A stretch of DNA of 64,000 nucleotides from Acholeplasmataceae bacterium. Lineage in GTDB: Bacteria; Bacillota_I; Bacilli_A; Acholeplasmatales; Acholeplasmataceae. The stretch is from contig JAGYNT010000001.1 of NCBI GenBank assembly GCA_018399615.1, forward strand, positions 468-64,467, written 5' to 3'. Both the position numbers and the translations under genes were made by a program. Positions 16,368-26,842 of the stretch are shown piece after piece. The notes below the pieces were generated by a model, which worked only from the letters and a program-made list of their open reading frames with translations, made no database searches and was not told the origin of the DNA. The stretch's first letter is position 1. Every line of letters begins with the position of its first letter.

Positions 16368-17376
16368 ACGCAAAGAAGGTTTCGAACTCGTCGAAAAGGA
16401 TATTCCGGAAACACTGGGAGAAAACGAAGCACTCGTCAAAATACTCGCAACGTCGATCTGTGGCACGGACGTACACATCTACAACTGGGATACGTGGAGC
16501 CAGGGTCGCGTCAAACCCCCTTTGACGGTCGGTCACGAGTTTTCCGGCCGCGTCGAGCGTGTCGGGAAAAACGTCACGGAAGTTTCCGTCGGCGACATCG
16601 TATCCGCCGAGACGCACATCGTCTGCGGCACGTGCGAGTTCTGTCGTGAAGGGAAATCACATATCTGCAAGCATACGAAAATCATCGGTGTCGATACCGA
16701 CGGTTGTTTCGCCGACTATGCGCGTATGCCGGCATCGAATCTGATCGTCGATCGAACCGGCATCGACCCGAAATACTTGTCGATCCAAGAGCCGCTCGGC
16801 AATGCCGTGCATACGATGCTTCATTTCGATATCGTCGCGAAGAGCGTGGCGATCGTCGGATGCGGACCGATCGGGCTCATGGGTGTCAACATCGCGAAAG
16901 CGGTCGGATCCAGCAAGATCATCGCGATCGAGATCAACGACTACCGCTTGAATCTGGCGAAAGAACTCGGAGCGGATGTCACCATCAATCCTTTGAAGGA
17001 AGACGTCGTGGCCCGAGTCCTCGAAGAGACGAACGGCGTCGGTGTCGATATCGTCGCCGAATATTCCGGCAACAAATCGGCGATTGAAGCGGCTTTCAAA
17101 TATGTCAAAGCCGGCGGAAAGATGTCGATGCTCGGCATTGTCAACTCGAAGATCGAATGCGATCTGTCGAACGACGTCATTTTCAAAGGCATTACGATCT
17201 ATGGCGTCATCGGCAGAAAGATGTTCGAGACGTGGAATCAGGTTGCCGGTCTGCTTGAAAGCGGGAAACTCGACCTCAAAAAGATCGTGACCCACGTCTT
17301 CCCCCTCGAGGAATTCGAAAAGGGAATCGCCGTCATGCATTCGGGCAATAGCGGAAAAGTCGTATTGATACCATAA
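16336..17376 (+). CDS. tdh: L-threonine 3-dehydrogenase (Zn-dependent)
   Basis: [25 protein letters not shown]..., GHEFSGRV and a [15 protein letters not shown] zinc site. RBS gggagg precedes ATG 16336, which is internal to track ORF 16201..17376. Confidence 0.9.
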   Translation: MAKMRAIIKAKRKEGFELVEKDIPETLGENEALVKILATSICGTDVHIYNWDTWSQGRVKPPLTVGHEFSGRVERVGKNVTEVSVGDIVSAETHIVCGTCEFCREGKSHICKHTKIIGVDTDGCFADYARMPASNLIVDRTGIDPKYLSIQEPLGNAVHTMLHFDIVAKSVAIVGCGPIGLMGVNIAKAVGSSKIIAIEINDYRLNLAKELGADVTINPLKEDVVARVLEETNGVGVDIVAEYSGNKSAIEAAFKYVKAGGKMSMLGIVNSKIECDLSNDVIFKGITIYGVIGRKMFETWNQVAGLLESGKLDLKKIVTHVFPLEEFEKGIAVMHSGNSGKVVLIP

Positions 17377-17386
17377 AGGAGGGCAC

Positions 17387-18562
17387 ATGTCACACTTGGA
17401 GAATAAAATCAAAGAACTGAAAGAACAAGGCGTTTATCGCGAACTTCCGGTAAATGAAGGACCATGCGAAGCCGAAATCACACTCAACGGACAAAGGGTC
17501 ATCAATCTTTCTTCCAACAATTACTTGGGTTTCGCGAATCACGAGCGACTCAAAAGCGCAGCGAAAAAAGCGATCGACACGTATGGTGTCGGTGCGGGAG
17601 CGGTTCGCACGATCGTCGGAAACATGAGCGTTCACGAAGAACTCGATCAGACGATCGCGACGTTCAAACGCGAAGAAGCGGCACTCGTTTTTCAATCCGG
17701 ATTCAACTGCAATGCCGGAATCATTCAGGCGATCACGGACAAAGAAGATCTGATCGTATCCGATGCCTTGAATCATGCGTCGATCATCGATGGCGTGAAG
17801 TTGTCGAAGGCCGATCGGGCGATCTATGCGCATAGTGACATGGCGGATCTCGAACGCGTCCTGAAAGAGAAACGCAAGGATTACCAAAACGTTCTGATCA
17901 TTACGGACGGCGTCTTTTCCATGGATGGAGATCTCGCCAATCTACCGAAAATCGTCGAACTCGCCAAGCGTTACGACGCCGAGACATACGTCGATGACGC
18001 CCACGGATCGGGCGTCCTCGGTGAATCGGGACGCGGTACGGTCGATCATTTCGGTCTGCACGGACAAGTCGATTACATCATCGGAACGCTTTCGAAAGCG
18101 ATCGGTGTCGTCGGCGGTTACGTCTGCGGCAGCAAGCACACACGCGACTGGCTTTTGCATCGTGGTCGTCCTCTCCTGTTCTCAACGGCGATGATGCCCG
18201 CGGCGGCTGCCGCGATCATCGAAGCGTTTCACATGCTCGAGGAGTCCCACGAATATACGGACAGGCTTTGGGACAATGCCCGCTACTTCAAGGAAAAACT
18301 GTCTGTTCTGGGCTTTGATCTCGGCAAGAGCGAGACGCCCATCACGCCCATCATCATCGGTGATGAGGAAAAGACGATGACCTTTTCCAGACGCCTGTTC
18401 GAGCGGGGTGTCTTCGTCTCGGGAATCGTTTTTCCGACCGTACAAAAAGGTCGGGGACGCATTCGCTGCATGGTCTCGGCACTCCACGAGAAAAAGCATC
18501 TCGATCGAGCGGTTTCCGTCATCAAAGAGGTCGCGCGCGAGATGGGAATCATCAAGTACTGA
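17387..18562 (+). CDS. kbl: Glycine C-acetyltransferase (2-amino-3-ketobutyrate CoA ligase)
   Basis: 391 aa of the PLP-dependent alpha-oxoamine synthase family (...[13 protein letters not shown]...). It is adjacent to tdh, the classical tdh-kbl pair. Confidence 0.9.
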   Translation: MSHLENKIKELKEQGVYRELPVNEGPCEAEITLNGQRVINLSSNNYLGFANHERLKSAAKKAIDTYGVGAGAVRTIVGNMSVHEELDQTIATFKREEAALVFQSGFNCNAGIIQAITDKEDLIVSDALNHASIIDGVKLSKADRAIYAHSDMADLERVLKEKRKDYQNVLIITDGVFSMDGDLANLPKIVELAKRYDAETYVDDAHGSGVLGESGRGTVDHFGLHGQVDYIIGTLSKAIGVVGGYVCGSKHTRDWLLHRGRPLLFSTAMMPAAAAAIIEAFHMLEESHEYTDRLWDNARYFKEKLSVLGFDLGKSETPITPIIIGDEEKTMTFSRRLFERGVFVSGIVFPTVQKGRGRIRCMVSALHEKKHLDRAVSVIKEVAREMGIIKY

Positions 18563-18566
18563 TCAC

Positions 18567-19016
18567 ATGAACGGTTCTTATCAAAGTCCGCTGGGACCGA
18601 TCACCTTCACCGTTGAGGATCACCGCTTGACACGCATGTCTTTCGGTGAAACGAAAGAAATTTACGAAGACGTCATGATCGAACGCGTCCGATTTGAACT
18701 CGATGAATATTTTTCCGGTAAGCGTGGTGTTTTCGCATCCCGATTCATTTTTCAGGTGGTAATGGACTTTGAAAACAAAGTATGGAACGCGCTTTTTGAA
18801 GATCCCCTACGGTGAAACACGCATCGTATGCGGATATCGCACGCGCGGTCGGTCATGAAAAGGCGTATCGTGCCGTCGGACAGGCCTGTAAAAATCCCAT
18901 CGGTATTGTCGTCTTCGTCATCGCGTCATCGGGAAAACAAAACGATGACGGGTTACAGTGGTCCACACGTAGACTTGAAACGAGCCCCGCTCGACATCGA
19001 GAGCAGAAATACCTGA
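18567..19016 (+). pseudogene. ogt: Methylated-DNA-protein-cysteine methyltransferase (Ogt/Ada C-terminal type), multiply frameshifted, catalytic Cys codon altered
   Basis: Pieces lie in frames 0,1,2,1,0. They are MNGSYQSPLGPITF...KVWNALFED, IPYGETR, SYADIARAVGHEKAYRAVGQACKNPIGIVV, LRHRVIG (expected PCHRVIG) and NKTMTGYSGPHVDLKRAPLDIE. Confidence 0.65.
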
Positions 19017-19512
19017 AAGAAAAGACTTATCACGGGCACCTTCCTAAAAAAATCTTGAGTACGCGTTCGTTCAAGATCACGAGGAAGGTGTTTTTCATGT
19101 GGTAAGACAAAACCGGGGGCTTGATTTCTGGAAGGGAACCGTCGATTTCATGCGTGTGTCGATAAGACCTCGACACAAAGAATAGAATCAAAGACATGAC
19201 TGTTGGAAGAAGTCTCTCGGACTCGGACAAAGTCATTTTTCAACGACACCGATGATCTGATCAACATGTCATAAAACCCTTGTGTGTCGATCGAACGAAA
19301 AGTGCACATTTCTTTTGGAACCATGAACCGACGAGGATACATGGAAAATTGCGCTTGGTCATTATTCACGAGCGAAAGCGATCGTACGTTTCGAGCAGGG
19401 ACAGTACCTAAAAATGTTTCCAATCAGGATAAACGAAACGCATCACGACACGTTTCTGATCGGATCGAAATAATCGGATGTCTCACACGACTGTCTTGAT
19501 CGTGTCACAGGA

Positions 19513-19540
19513 TTGACACGTGTTCATGGTAGAGTATTAC
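19513..19540 (+). promoter_or_regulatory. Candidate promoter TTGACA-16-TATTAC
   Basis: TTGACA is at 19513-19518 and TATTAC at 19535-19540, about 130 nt upstream of the lipoprotein gene. Confidence 0.4.
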
Positions 19541-19668
19541 ATGAAAAGCCTATGGGCTCGTTGAGAACGGCTGCGATCGCGCGACAGCATAGAATCAAGG
19601 CATAGTTTTTCAAAGACGAAAAAATCGTTTGTCAGAACACGTTAAATAATCAAAGGAGCGATAATCCG

Positions 19669-20169
19669 ATGAAAAAAATCTTACTGATCTTGGCCCTGGC
19701 CCTCATCCTCAGTGCAGGGGCCTGCCATAGTCAAGAAGAGAGCAAAGACATCGATTTCAAGATCGACAGCGATTCACGTGTGGAAGTCGTCTATTATGAG
19801 AAACTGAGCGAGGACCGGAATAGCAGTCACTACGATGTGCGCAAACTGGAAATGAAAGGCGATCTGTTTTTGGAATACGCCGTTTTCACAGAGGTCTTGT
19901 CATCTGCTGTTGAAGTGCCTTATGATCACCAGTCGATCGTTTTGGGCATACCGATCGGCATGTATGAAGTCCGGATTTTTGACGATGAAGATTGGACGAT
20001 CAGTATCCGTTTCGACCCGTCGGGAGAAGATATCGATCGGTTCGAGGTCTATGCGATCGATGAGGACAAGGCATGCGAAAAATACGAGTACCAACTTGAA
20101 AAGAATCAGGAATTGGTCGAATTCATGGAATATGTTGCAGCACAGGGTGTCTTGGAACACATCGGATAG
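19669..20169 (+). CDS. Hypothetical lipoprotein
   Basis: Signal peptide with lipobox MKKILLILALALILSAGAC. RBS aaaggag is present. Confidence 0.7.
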   Translation: MKKILLILALALILSAGACHSQEESKDIDFKIDSDSRVEVVYYEKLSEDRNSSHYDVRKLEMKGDLFLEYAVFTEVLSSAVEVPYDHQSIVLGIPIGMYEVRIFDDEDWTISIRFDPSGEDIDRFEVYAIDEDKACEKYEYQLEKNQELVEFMEYVAAQGVLEHIG

Positions 20170-20277
20170 GTTGGACTTTCAAAGGATGCGTGTGCCACCA
20201 TTGTCTTTTGAGTTGCATATGTTTTTGCAGACTTCCAATTTTGGGATCCATCCCTAAAGTAACTATAGAGCCGAAAA

Positions 20278-20304
20278 GAAAACGCGGGAGAGTCCCGCGT
20301 TTTC
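20278..20304. terminator. Bidirectional rho-independent terminator
   Basis: GAAAACGCGGGAgagTCCCGCGTTTTC is a perfect 12-bp stem between convergent genes. Confidence 0.85.
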
Positions 20305-20307
20305 TCT

Positions 20308-20499
20308 TTACAAGAGCAAGATTCCGATGATGAGAAAGACCAGTCCGAGTGCGAATACGACGTAATTGAACGTCTTCTTTCCCATTCTTGCGATCAGCGC
20401 TTTCGATTTGAAGTTGTTGTAGATGAAGGGGAACTGCAGAAAAAGCGCCAACAGGAGAAACCCACCGTAAATGACGAGGATGATACCCAGAACATGCAT
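20308..20499 (-). CDS. Small two-helix membrane protein, last gene of the ABC exporter operon
   Basis: 63 aa: MHVLGIILVIYGGFLLLALFLQFPFIYNNFKSKALIARMGKKTFNYVVFALGLVFLIIGILLL. Confidence 0.55.
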   Translation of the reverse strand: MHVLGIILVIYGGFLLLALFLQFPFIYNNFKSKALIARMGKKTFNYVVFALGLVFLIIGILLL

Positions 20500-20511
20500 G
20501 AAAAGACCTCC

Positions 20512-21228
20512 TTATGATTCGATTCGTTTTTGATAGATCTTGAAAAACAAAGCCAAGAGCATGACATTCATGAATACTCCGACAAGGAAATAAGTCAGAG
20601 GCAGATCGAAGAAGTAGGATTCGGAAATGATTTCGATCGCGATCAGACGAGTCGCCCAGAAACTTGGAAGAAGACTCAAGAACAACTCCTTCCAATCCGT
20701 CAGAAAGATGCTCGCGATCGGAACGAGAAGAATCATGCCCGTGAATTTCATCATGACGAAACCTTCGACCTTGTTTCGGGAAAACATGTTGATCAGAAGG
20801 GCATAGATCGGTGTCTGAAGAGGCAGAAGCACGATGATCATGAGCATGCGATCCCAGGAACTTCCTTTGAGAAATCCCGTGAAAAGAATGAGAATCACGC
20901 ATGATATCAAAGCGAATAGATAGCTCAAGACGAGTTTGGATGCGATATAGCTTCTGACCGAGATCGGCGTCACCTTGAGAGCGTCGATGACATGGTCGTC
21001 CTGATCGTCCAGCAAGGTGAAACCGGTAATCGCTCCGAAAACGAATCCCGTCATCAGTATGATGACCAAAGCGGTGATCTGTCCGGCCAGAGGATGACTG
21101 TTCTCGTTCAGATAAGGAACGAGGAAATAACCGATCACGCCGAAGACGAAGGGATAGACCATGAGAAAGAAATACATCTTGTCCCGAAAGATATTTTTCA
21201 GTTCGTGTCGAAATACGCGTATGAACAT
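20512..21228 (-). CDS. ABC-2 type transporter permease
   Basis: 238-aa six-helix ORF downstream of the ABC ATPase. Confidence 0.75.
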   Translation of the reverse strand: MFIRVFRHELKNIFRDKMYFFLMVYPFVFGVIGYFLVPYLNENSHPLAGQITALVIILMTGFVFGAITGFTLLDDQDDHVIDALKVTPISVRSYIASKLVLSYLFALISCVILILFTGFLKGSSWDRMLMIIVLLPLQTPIYALLINMFSRNKVEGFVMMKFTGMILLVPIASIFLTDWKELFLSLLPSFWATRLIAIEIISESYFFDLPLTYFLVGVFMNVMLLALFFKIYQKRIES

Positions 21229-21230
21229 GA

Positions 21231-21968
21231 TTACACCCCGCTTTGTCTGACGGCATAGCCCTTGAACTTCGGAAGCACATAGAAGCGATAGAGGGCATAT
21301 CCGCCGAAAACAAGAAATGAAAGACTGATGAAAAAGGGATACGACGCCGTTTCCTTGAACCCGACCATGATCATCTCGATCGAGGCTTGCGTCGGATTGA
21401 TGAGAAGCACGTATTTCCAGATCTCACCTTTGAACATGACATTGAAAAGTCTGAGAGCGCTCGGCAGTGCGAAAATCAGCGCGTAGAGCATGACATTCAT
21501 GAGCATCGATGTGAAGTCTTTCGAATGATAGGAAAAGATGAAACCGAGTACGCTGTGAAAGGATACGGCGAGAATCAAGGCTAACGTGATCATGACCCAG
21601 GAAACACCGACATCCTTGGCCAAGACGAACGCGATGATGATCAGCATCGTCGATAGGACGGAATGGATCGTATTGGCGATGACTTTCGACAGAATCAGCT
21701 CACGATTCGAGATCGGCGTGACGAGAAGCGTGGATATCGTCGATTCCGATTTTTCGAAAAACATCACCGCACCGACATAGATGGCAGCCATCATGGTCGC
21801 GTCGATGACGATGACGAAAGGAAGCAGGGATGCAAGAACGTCGACGTCGTCGATGAAGTAAAGCAAAAGGAACCAAAGAATCGCGACCACGACGCTGACC
21901 GTCGTGACGTTGTATTTGTTCATGCGCATGAGCTCACCTTTGATGAGCAGGACAAGACGGCTATTCAT
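21231..21968 (-). CDS. ABC-2 type transporter permease
   Basis: 245-aa polytopic ORF that overlaps the ATPase stop. Confidence 0.75.
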   Translation of the reverse strand: MNSRLVLLIKGELMRMNKYNVTTVSVVVAILWFLLLYFIDDVDVLASLLPFVIVIDATMMAAIYVGAVMFFEKSESTISTLLVTPISNRELILSKVIANTIHSVLSTMLIIIAFVLAKDVGVSWVMITLALILAVSFHSVLGFIFSYHSKDFTSMLMNVMLYALIFALPSALRLFNVMFKGEIWKYVLLINPTQASIEMIMVGFKETASYPFFISLSFLVFGGYALYRFYVLPKFKGYAVRQSGV

Positions 21969-22818
21969 CGGTCAGACCTACTCCCGTGACCTTGATGAAG
22001 ATGTCTTCGAGTGACGTCTCGCCGCTATGGATCGTCTCGATTTCTTTGGTCTGAAGCAAATTCAAGAAGGCTTCGTTTTGTCCGATTCCGTCCATCGGGA
22101 ACTCGCGGATGGTCGTTTTCCCGTCATCCCGGTACTCGAGTTTCATCGTGCGTTTCCCGTATTTGAGTTTCAAGTTTCTCGGACTGTCCATTTCGATGAT
22201 CCGTCCGTCCAGTACGAAGGCGACCCGGTCACAGAGTTGGTCGACATCGCTCATGATGTGACTGGTCAGAAAGACCGTTCCGCCCATGGCCTTGAACTCG
22301 CGGATCATGTCTTTGAGAATCATGGCGTTCGTCGGATCGAGCCCGTTGGTCGGTTCATCCAGAAAGAGCATCTTCGGTTCGTTCAACAAGGCCCGAACGA
22401 AATTGAGTCGAATTTTCATGCCTTTCGAATACTCCCCGACCATTTTATCGCGGTCTTTCCATAGTCCGACGCGTTTCATCAGTGTTTTCGTGTCGGCTTT
22501 TTTCTTGTAGAGTTTCAAAAAGAAGTCGATGTTTTCCTGGGCCGTCATCTTGGAAAAATGGATCGGCATTTCGAAACTGACACCGATATCCTCATAGAAG
22601 GCATCGTCGAGTTTCGCGATGTCATCACCATTGAAAGCGATCGTTCCTTCGTAGTCGCTCAAAATCTTGATCATGATTTTCTGGGTCGTGCTCTTGCCGG
22701 CCCCGCTCGGTCCGAGAAATCCGAAGATTTCACCGCGGTCGATCGAAAACGAAAGACCTTTGATCGTTTCTTCCTTGTTTTTCGGGTACGTGAAGCGAAG
22801 GTTTTCTACTGTGAACAT
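21961..22818 (-). CDS. ABC transporter ATP-binding protein
   Basis: Walker A GPSGAGKST, signature YSKGMKIRL and Walker B MLFLDEPTNGLD. Confidence 0.9.
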   Translation of the reverse strand: MFTVENLRFTYPKNKEETIKGLSFSIDRGEIFGFLGPSGAGKSTTQKIMIKILSDYEGTIAFNGDDIAKLDDAFYEDIGVSFEMPIHFSKMTAQENIDFFLKLYKKKADTKTLMKRVGLWKDRDKMVGEYSKGMKIRLNFVRALLNEPKMLFLDEPTNGLDPTNAMILKDMIREFKAMGGTVFLTSHIMSDVDQLCDRVAFVLDGRIIEMDSPRNLKLKYGKRTMKLEYRDDGKTTIREFPMDGIGQNEAFLNLLQTKEIETIHSGETSLEDIFIKVTGVGLTDE

Positions 22819-22819
22819 G

Positions 22820-23428
22820 TCATGTGATTCCTTTCCGAAATATGTTTTTTATCATGCTCAAACGATCCTTGATCGCCTGTTCGTCGATATCCTTTTCGAG
22901 GTAAGCCTCGATCATCTCGCTGTTCAAGAGTTCCATGACCATGCGTGCGAGCAGGCGTGCATCGATCGAGTCGTCGATCAGACCTTTCTTCTGATCGGCG
23001 ATGATGAAGCCCGAGTAGAGGTCGATTGCCTGTTTCACACCCTGCAGGTAACTCTCTCTTTGTCTGATCGCGTTCGATTCGAGTATGCGTTTGCCGGGCT
23101 CGACATACTCCGGGTAGGTTTTTCGAAAGGCGATTCCTCGGATATAGATCGCTTCGATCCGGTCGAGAAACTCGATTTCTCGATCGGACTCGAACAAGGA
23201 TCCGAAAAACGTCATTTTCGTTTCGATGATCGTGCCGTAGAAGTAGTCGATCAGGTCGTCCTTGTCCTTGAAGTACTGATAAAAACTGCCCCGCGAAATG
23301 TTCGCATCCCGGATGATGTTGGCGAGGTTCACGTGTTCATAGGTATGTGTTCCAAGTTCTTTTATGATGGCGTTCCAGACGCTGTTCTTTTTGTGTTCGG
23401 ATAGATTGTAGAAGGTTTGGCTCGGCAT
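22820..23428 (-). CDS. TetR/AcrR family transcriptional regulator
   Basis: N-terminal HTH (...NLANIIRDANISRGSFYQYFKDKDDL...). RBS ggagg lies 5 nt before ATG 23428. Confidence 0.85.
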   Translation of the reverse strand: MPSQTFYNLSEHKKNSVWNAIIKELGTHTYEHVNLANIIRDANISRGSFYQYFKDKDDLIDYFYGTIIETKMTFFGSLFESDREIEFLDRIEAIYIRGIAFRKTYPEYVEPGKRILESNAIRQRESYLQGVKQAIDLYSGFIIADQKKGLIDDSIDARLLARMVMELLNSEMIEAYLEKDIDEQAIKDRLSMIKNIFRKGIT

Positions 23429-23562
23429 GACGACCTCCATGTGACAACCCTGTCATATTCATACTATATGTTTTTTCAGATCGAATGTCAAGTCTTTTCC
23501 GGACGAAGATACTTGAAAAATCAGTCGTTATTCGTTATCGTAGAGGTAAGGAAGGTGATCTT

Positions 23563-23979
23563 GTGAAATCCCATAAAAAGGAACTGACATTTCGCACGTC
23601 GACAAGACGCGCATACATCAACATAACACGTGACGTACAAAAAGCGATCGATGAGTCCCGCGTCAAAGAAGGACTCGTGCTCGTCAACGCGATGCATATC
23701 ACGGCAAGCGTGTTCATCAATGACGATGAACCGGGGCTGCACAATGATTTCGAGCGTTTTCTCGAGCGCGTCGCACCGGAAAAACCGCATGATCAGTATG
23801 ACCATAACGGTTATGAAGACAATGCCGACGCCCACATCAAAAGGCAATTGATGGGGCGCGAAGTCGTTTGCGCGATCACGGAAGGAAAACTCGATTTCGG
23901 ACCGTGGGAACAGATCTTTTACGGCGAATTCGACGGGAAGCGCAACAAGCGCGTCATGATCAAGATCATCGGCGAATAA
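23563..23979 (+). CDS. yjbQ: YjbQ/UPF0047 family protein (secondary thiamine-phosphate synthase type)
   Basis: ...[45 protein letters not shown]...[12 protein letters not shown]... A GTG start at 23563 follows RBS aggaagg. Confidence 0.8.
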   Translation: MKSHKKELTFRTSTRRAYINITRDVQKAIDESRVKEGLVLVNAMHITASVFINDDEPGLHNDFERFLERVAPEKPHDQYDHNGYEDNADAHIKRQLMGREVVCAITEGKLDFGPWEQIFYGEFDGKRNKRVMIKIIGE

Positions 23980-23980
23980 A

Positions 23981-24000
23981 AAAAGGGCGATCGCCCTTTT
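23981..24000. terminator. Bidirectional terminator (perfect palindrome AAAAGGGCGATCGCCCTTTT)
   Basis: Lies between convergent yjbQ and the CxxC membrane protein gene. Confidence 0.75.
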
Positions 24001-24472
24001 ATAGTTTGACTTTGCATTTGCCGTATTCGAGTTCGCGATAAATCACATAGAGACCGATGCCGATCAGGAGAAGGGCGATCAGTTTATAGGGATATCCGGC
24101 CAGCGGCAGAGCGATCACGGAAAACGCGATACCGATACTCGCGAAAAACGCGATGACGCATCCCGTGCACCCATAGGTCAGAATGCCGAACAGGATGGAA
24201 AGAAAACCGAGCGTCGAACCCTTTCCTTCCTTGCCTTTCAGTTCGACCATGGCCGTGGAAAGATTCATCAACAAGGTGCTCAACGTCGCCATGACGATGT
24301 TTGTCAGGATATTGACTAGGACGAGATAGAAACCGAAGCTTTCGTTCATCTGAGCGTAACTCATGTTGAGCGTATCGATGATCGTATAGATGAATATGAA
24401 GAATGCGAAAAACACGAGTCCCTGTATGACGTATTTTTTCGTCTTCTGTAGTCGGATGGCCGCTTTGAACAT
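23999..24472 (-). CDS. Hypothetical multi-pass membrane protein with intramembrane CTGC motif
   Basis: Start at internal ATG 24472 (MFKAAIRLQKTKKYV...) with RBS. It contains ...ILTYGCTGCVIAFFASIG... and a C-terminal YGKCKVKL. Confidence 0.6.
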   Translation of the reverse strand: MFKAAIRLQKTKKYVIQGLVFFAFFIFIYTIIDTLNMSYAQMNESFGFYLVLVNILTNIVMATLSTLLMNLSTAMVELKGKEGKGSTLGFLSILFGILTYGCTGCVIAFFASIGIAFSVIALPLAGYPYKLIALLLIGIGLYVIYRELEYGKCKVKL

Positions 24473-24570
24473 GGGATCACTCCTCTGATTTGATCGATCG
24501 CTTCGATTATAGCATGACATGCGGTCATAAGTCATTTGATATGCGCTTCAATTTCAATGTATGAAAATGG

Positions 24571-24598
24571 TTGACAATCCGGAAATATACGCTATAAT
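24571..24598 (+). promoter_or_regulatory. Consensus promoter TTGACA-16-TATAAT for potABCD
   Basis: TTGACA is at 24571-24576 and TATAAT at 24593-24598. This leaves an AT-rich 5' UTR of ~100 nt. Confidence 0.7.
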
Positions 24599-24705
24599 AG
24601 ACCTGTTCAGTTTAACCTTTATTAACATTAGGTATATAAATACTAAACATAATTCGCGGTTTCAGGTATCATCGTTTATCGTGAGTAAACACAGGGAGAT
24701 GGAAA

Positions 24706-25988
24706 TGGCTACACTGATCGAAATGAAGGACGTAACGAAAGAATTCAATGGACAAGTCGTTTTGCGAGGGATCGATCTTTCGATCGACCAAAACGAATTC
24801 GTCACACTATTGGGCCCCTCCGGATGCGGAAAAACGACGACACTGAGAATCATCGGTGGTTTTGTCGACCCAAGTGCGGGCGAGGTCCTTTTTGACGGAA
24901 AGTCCATCCTCGATACACCGGCACACAAACGTCCGACCAATACGGTGTTTCAAAGATATGCGCTCTTTCCCCATCTCGATGTCTATGAGAATGTCGCCTT
25001 CGGTCTTCGAGTCAAAAGCGAGTCGCTCGGTACGGTTGAGAAGATCAAGGATATTCAGGAAGCCTACCAGGACAGGATCAGACGGACACATGACAAGAGC
25101 GAACGTCGTCGTCTGAAGAAGGAAATGCAGGAGCAGATCCGTTTTATTCGCGATCCGAACGGTGAAAAGAAAAAGGCGATCCGGATGCTCAAAAGACATG
25201 AAGCGGACGCGAGTGATCTGACTGAACGAATCGAGGCGATCAAAAAGACGTTCCAGACAAAGAAACAGACGGAAACAGAAATCGAACGACACGTCTCGAA
25301 GTATCTCAAGATGGTCGGGCTCCAAGGCTTGGAATCAAGAACCATCCACAAACTTTCAGGCGGGCAACAACAGCGTGTCGCGATTGCCCGTGCGCTCATC
25401 AACGAGCCCAAAGTTCTCCTGCTCGATGAGCCCTTGGCCGCACTGGATCTGAAACTACGCCAGGAGATGCAGTACGAACTCAAGGAAATCCAGAGGAATG
25501 CCGGAATAACCTTCATCTACGTCACGCACGATCAGGAAGAAGCGCTCACGATGTCGGACAAGATCGTTGTCATGAACCATGGTGAGATCCAGCAGATCGG
25601 GACGCCGGAAGATATTTACAATGAACCGAAAAACGAGTTCGTGGCCCGGTTTATCGGTGAGTCGAACATCATCGAGGGAACGATGAAAGACGACTACCTC
25701 GTTTCCTTCGACGATACGGATTATCCGTGTGTCGACAAGGGGTTTGCGCGAAACGAAGTCGTCGATGTCGTCATCCGACCCGAAGACATCGACATCGTCA
25801 CGATTGGTGAAGGAAAACTGACGGGGATCGTCGACAGTGTCGCTTTCAAAGGCGTTCACTATGAGATCGACGTCAAGACGGACCGCAGGATCTATACGAT
25901 CCATACGACCGACTATCAGGAAGAAGGAAGCGAAGTGGGGATCACGTTCGGGCCTGAGGATATTCATGTCATGGAGAAGTGGCGATGA
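24706..25988 (+). CDS. potA: Spermidine/putrescine ABC transporter ATP-binding protein with a large internal insertion
   Basis: [10 protein letters not shown]-loop [36 protein letters not shown] and a C-terminal TOBE-like domain. About 112 aa separate FGLRVK from LSGGQ, where I would expect roughly 35-40. Confidence 0.9.
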
Positions 25989-26842
25989 ACCGATACGTCA
26001 TCTTCAAACCACGCGAAAAAAAGAAACGCGCCCGTCCCTACCGACTCGAACGCACCCTCGGGATCCCTTATTACGTCGTTTTGATCACGTTGATCGTCAT
26101 ACCGATTCTGATGATGGCGCTCTATTCGTTTCAGACCGAGCGTCCTTCCGGTGTTTTCACGATTTCATTTACGCTCGAACACTATATCAGTTTCTTTCAG
26201 GAAGGTCTCTTTGTCCGGCTCATGATCGAATCGCTCTATCTGGCCTTTCTGGCAACAGCTCTGACGCTCGTGATCGGTTATCCTCTCGCCTACTATATCT
26301 CGATGAGCAAACCGAGAACGCGCGTGCTGTTGATCCTTCTGATCAGCGCACCGATGTGGATCAATATGCTGTTGCGGACGAGAGCGCTCCAACAAGTCTT
26401 CGAAATGGTCGCACCCGACTTGCTCGGAAGCAATCTGGCGATCGTCATCGGCATGACTTACATCTTTCTGCCTTTCATGGTTTTGCCGATCTATACGGTT
26501 CTGTCCAAGATCGATCCGGCGCTCTATGAGTCCTCCGCCGATCTGGGCGCGACACGTCTGCAGACGATCATACGCGTCATCATCCCCTTGTCGCTCTCGG
26601 GAATTCTCTCGGGCATCATGATGGTGTTCCTGCCCGCGGCGACGACACTCGTCGTACCCAAATATCTCGGGCAGGGACGGTATCTCGTCGGCAATCTGAT
26701 CGAGAACGCGATGATTCAACAGGGACGTTTCGGTTACGGTTCGGCGATCGCGATCATTCTGGCCTTGCTCATCATGGCGTCGCTCTACATGATCAAGCGC
26801 GTCGACAAGTATCAGGGAGGTGGCGAGCTTGAAGCAGAATAG
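25985..26842 (+). CDS. potB: Spermidine/putrescine ABC transporter permease
   Basis: Polytopic ORF with an EAA-type loop (...[23 protein letters not shown]...). The ATG overlaps the potA stop. Confidence 0.9.
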   Translation: MNRYVIFKPREKKKRARPYRLERTLGIPYYVVLITLIVIPILMMALYSFQTERPSGVFTISFTLEHYISFFQEGLFVRLMIESLYLAFLATALTLVIGYPLAYYISMSKPRTRVLLILLISAPMWINMLLRTRALQQVFEMVAPDLLGSNLAIVIGMTYIFLPFMVLPIYTVLSKIDPALYESSADLGATRLQTIIRVIIPLSLSGILSGIMMVFLPAATTLVVPKYLGQGRYLVGNLIENAMIQQGRFGYGSAIAIILALLIMASLYMIKRVDKYQGGGELEAE

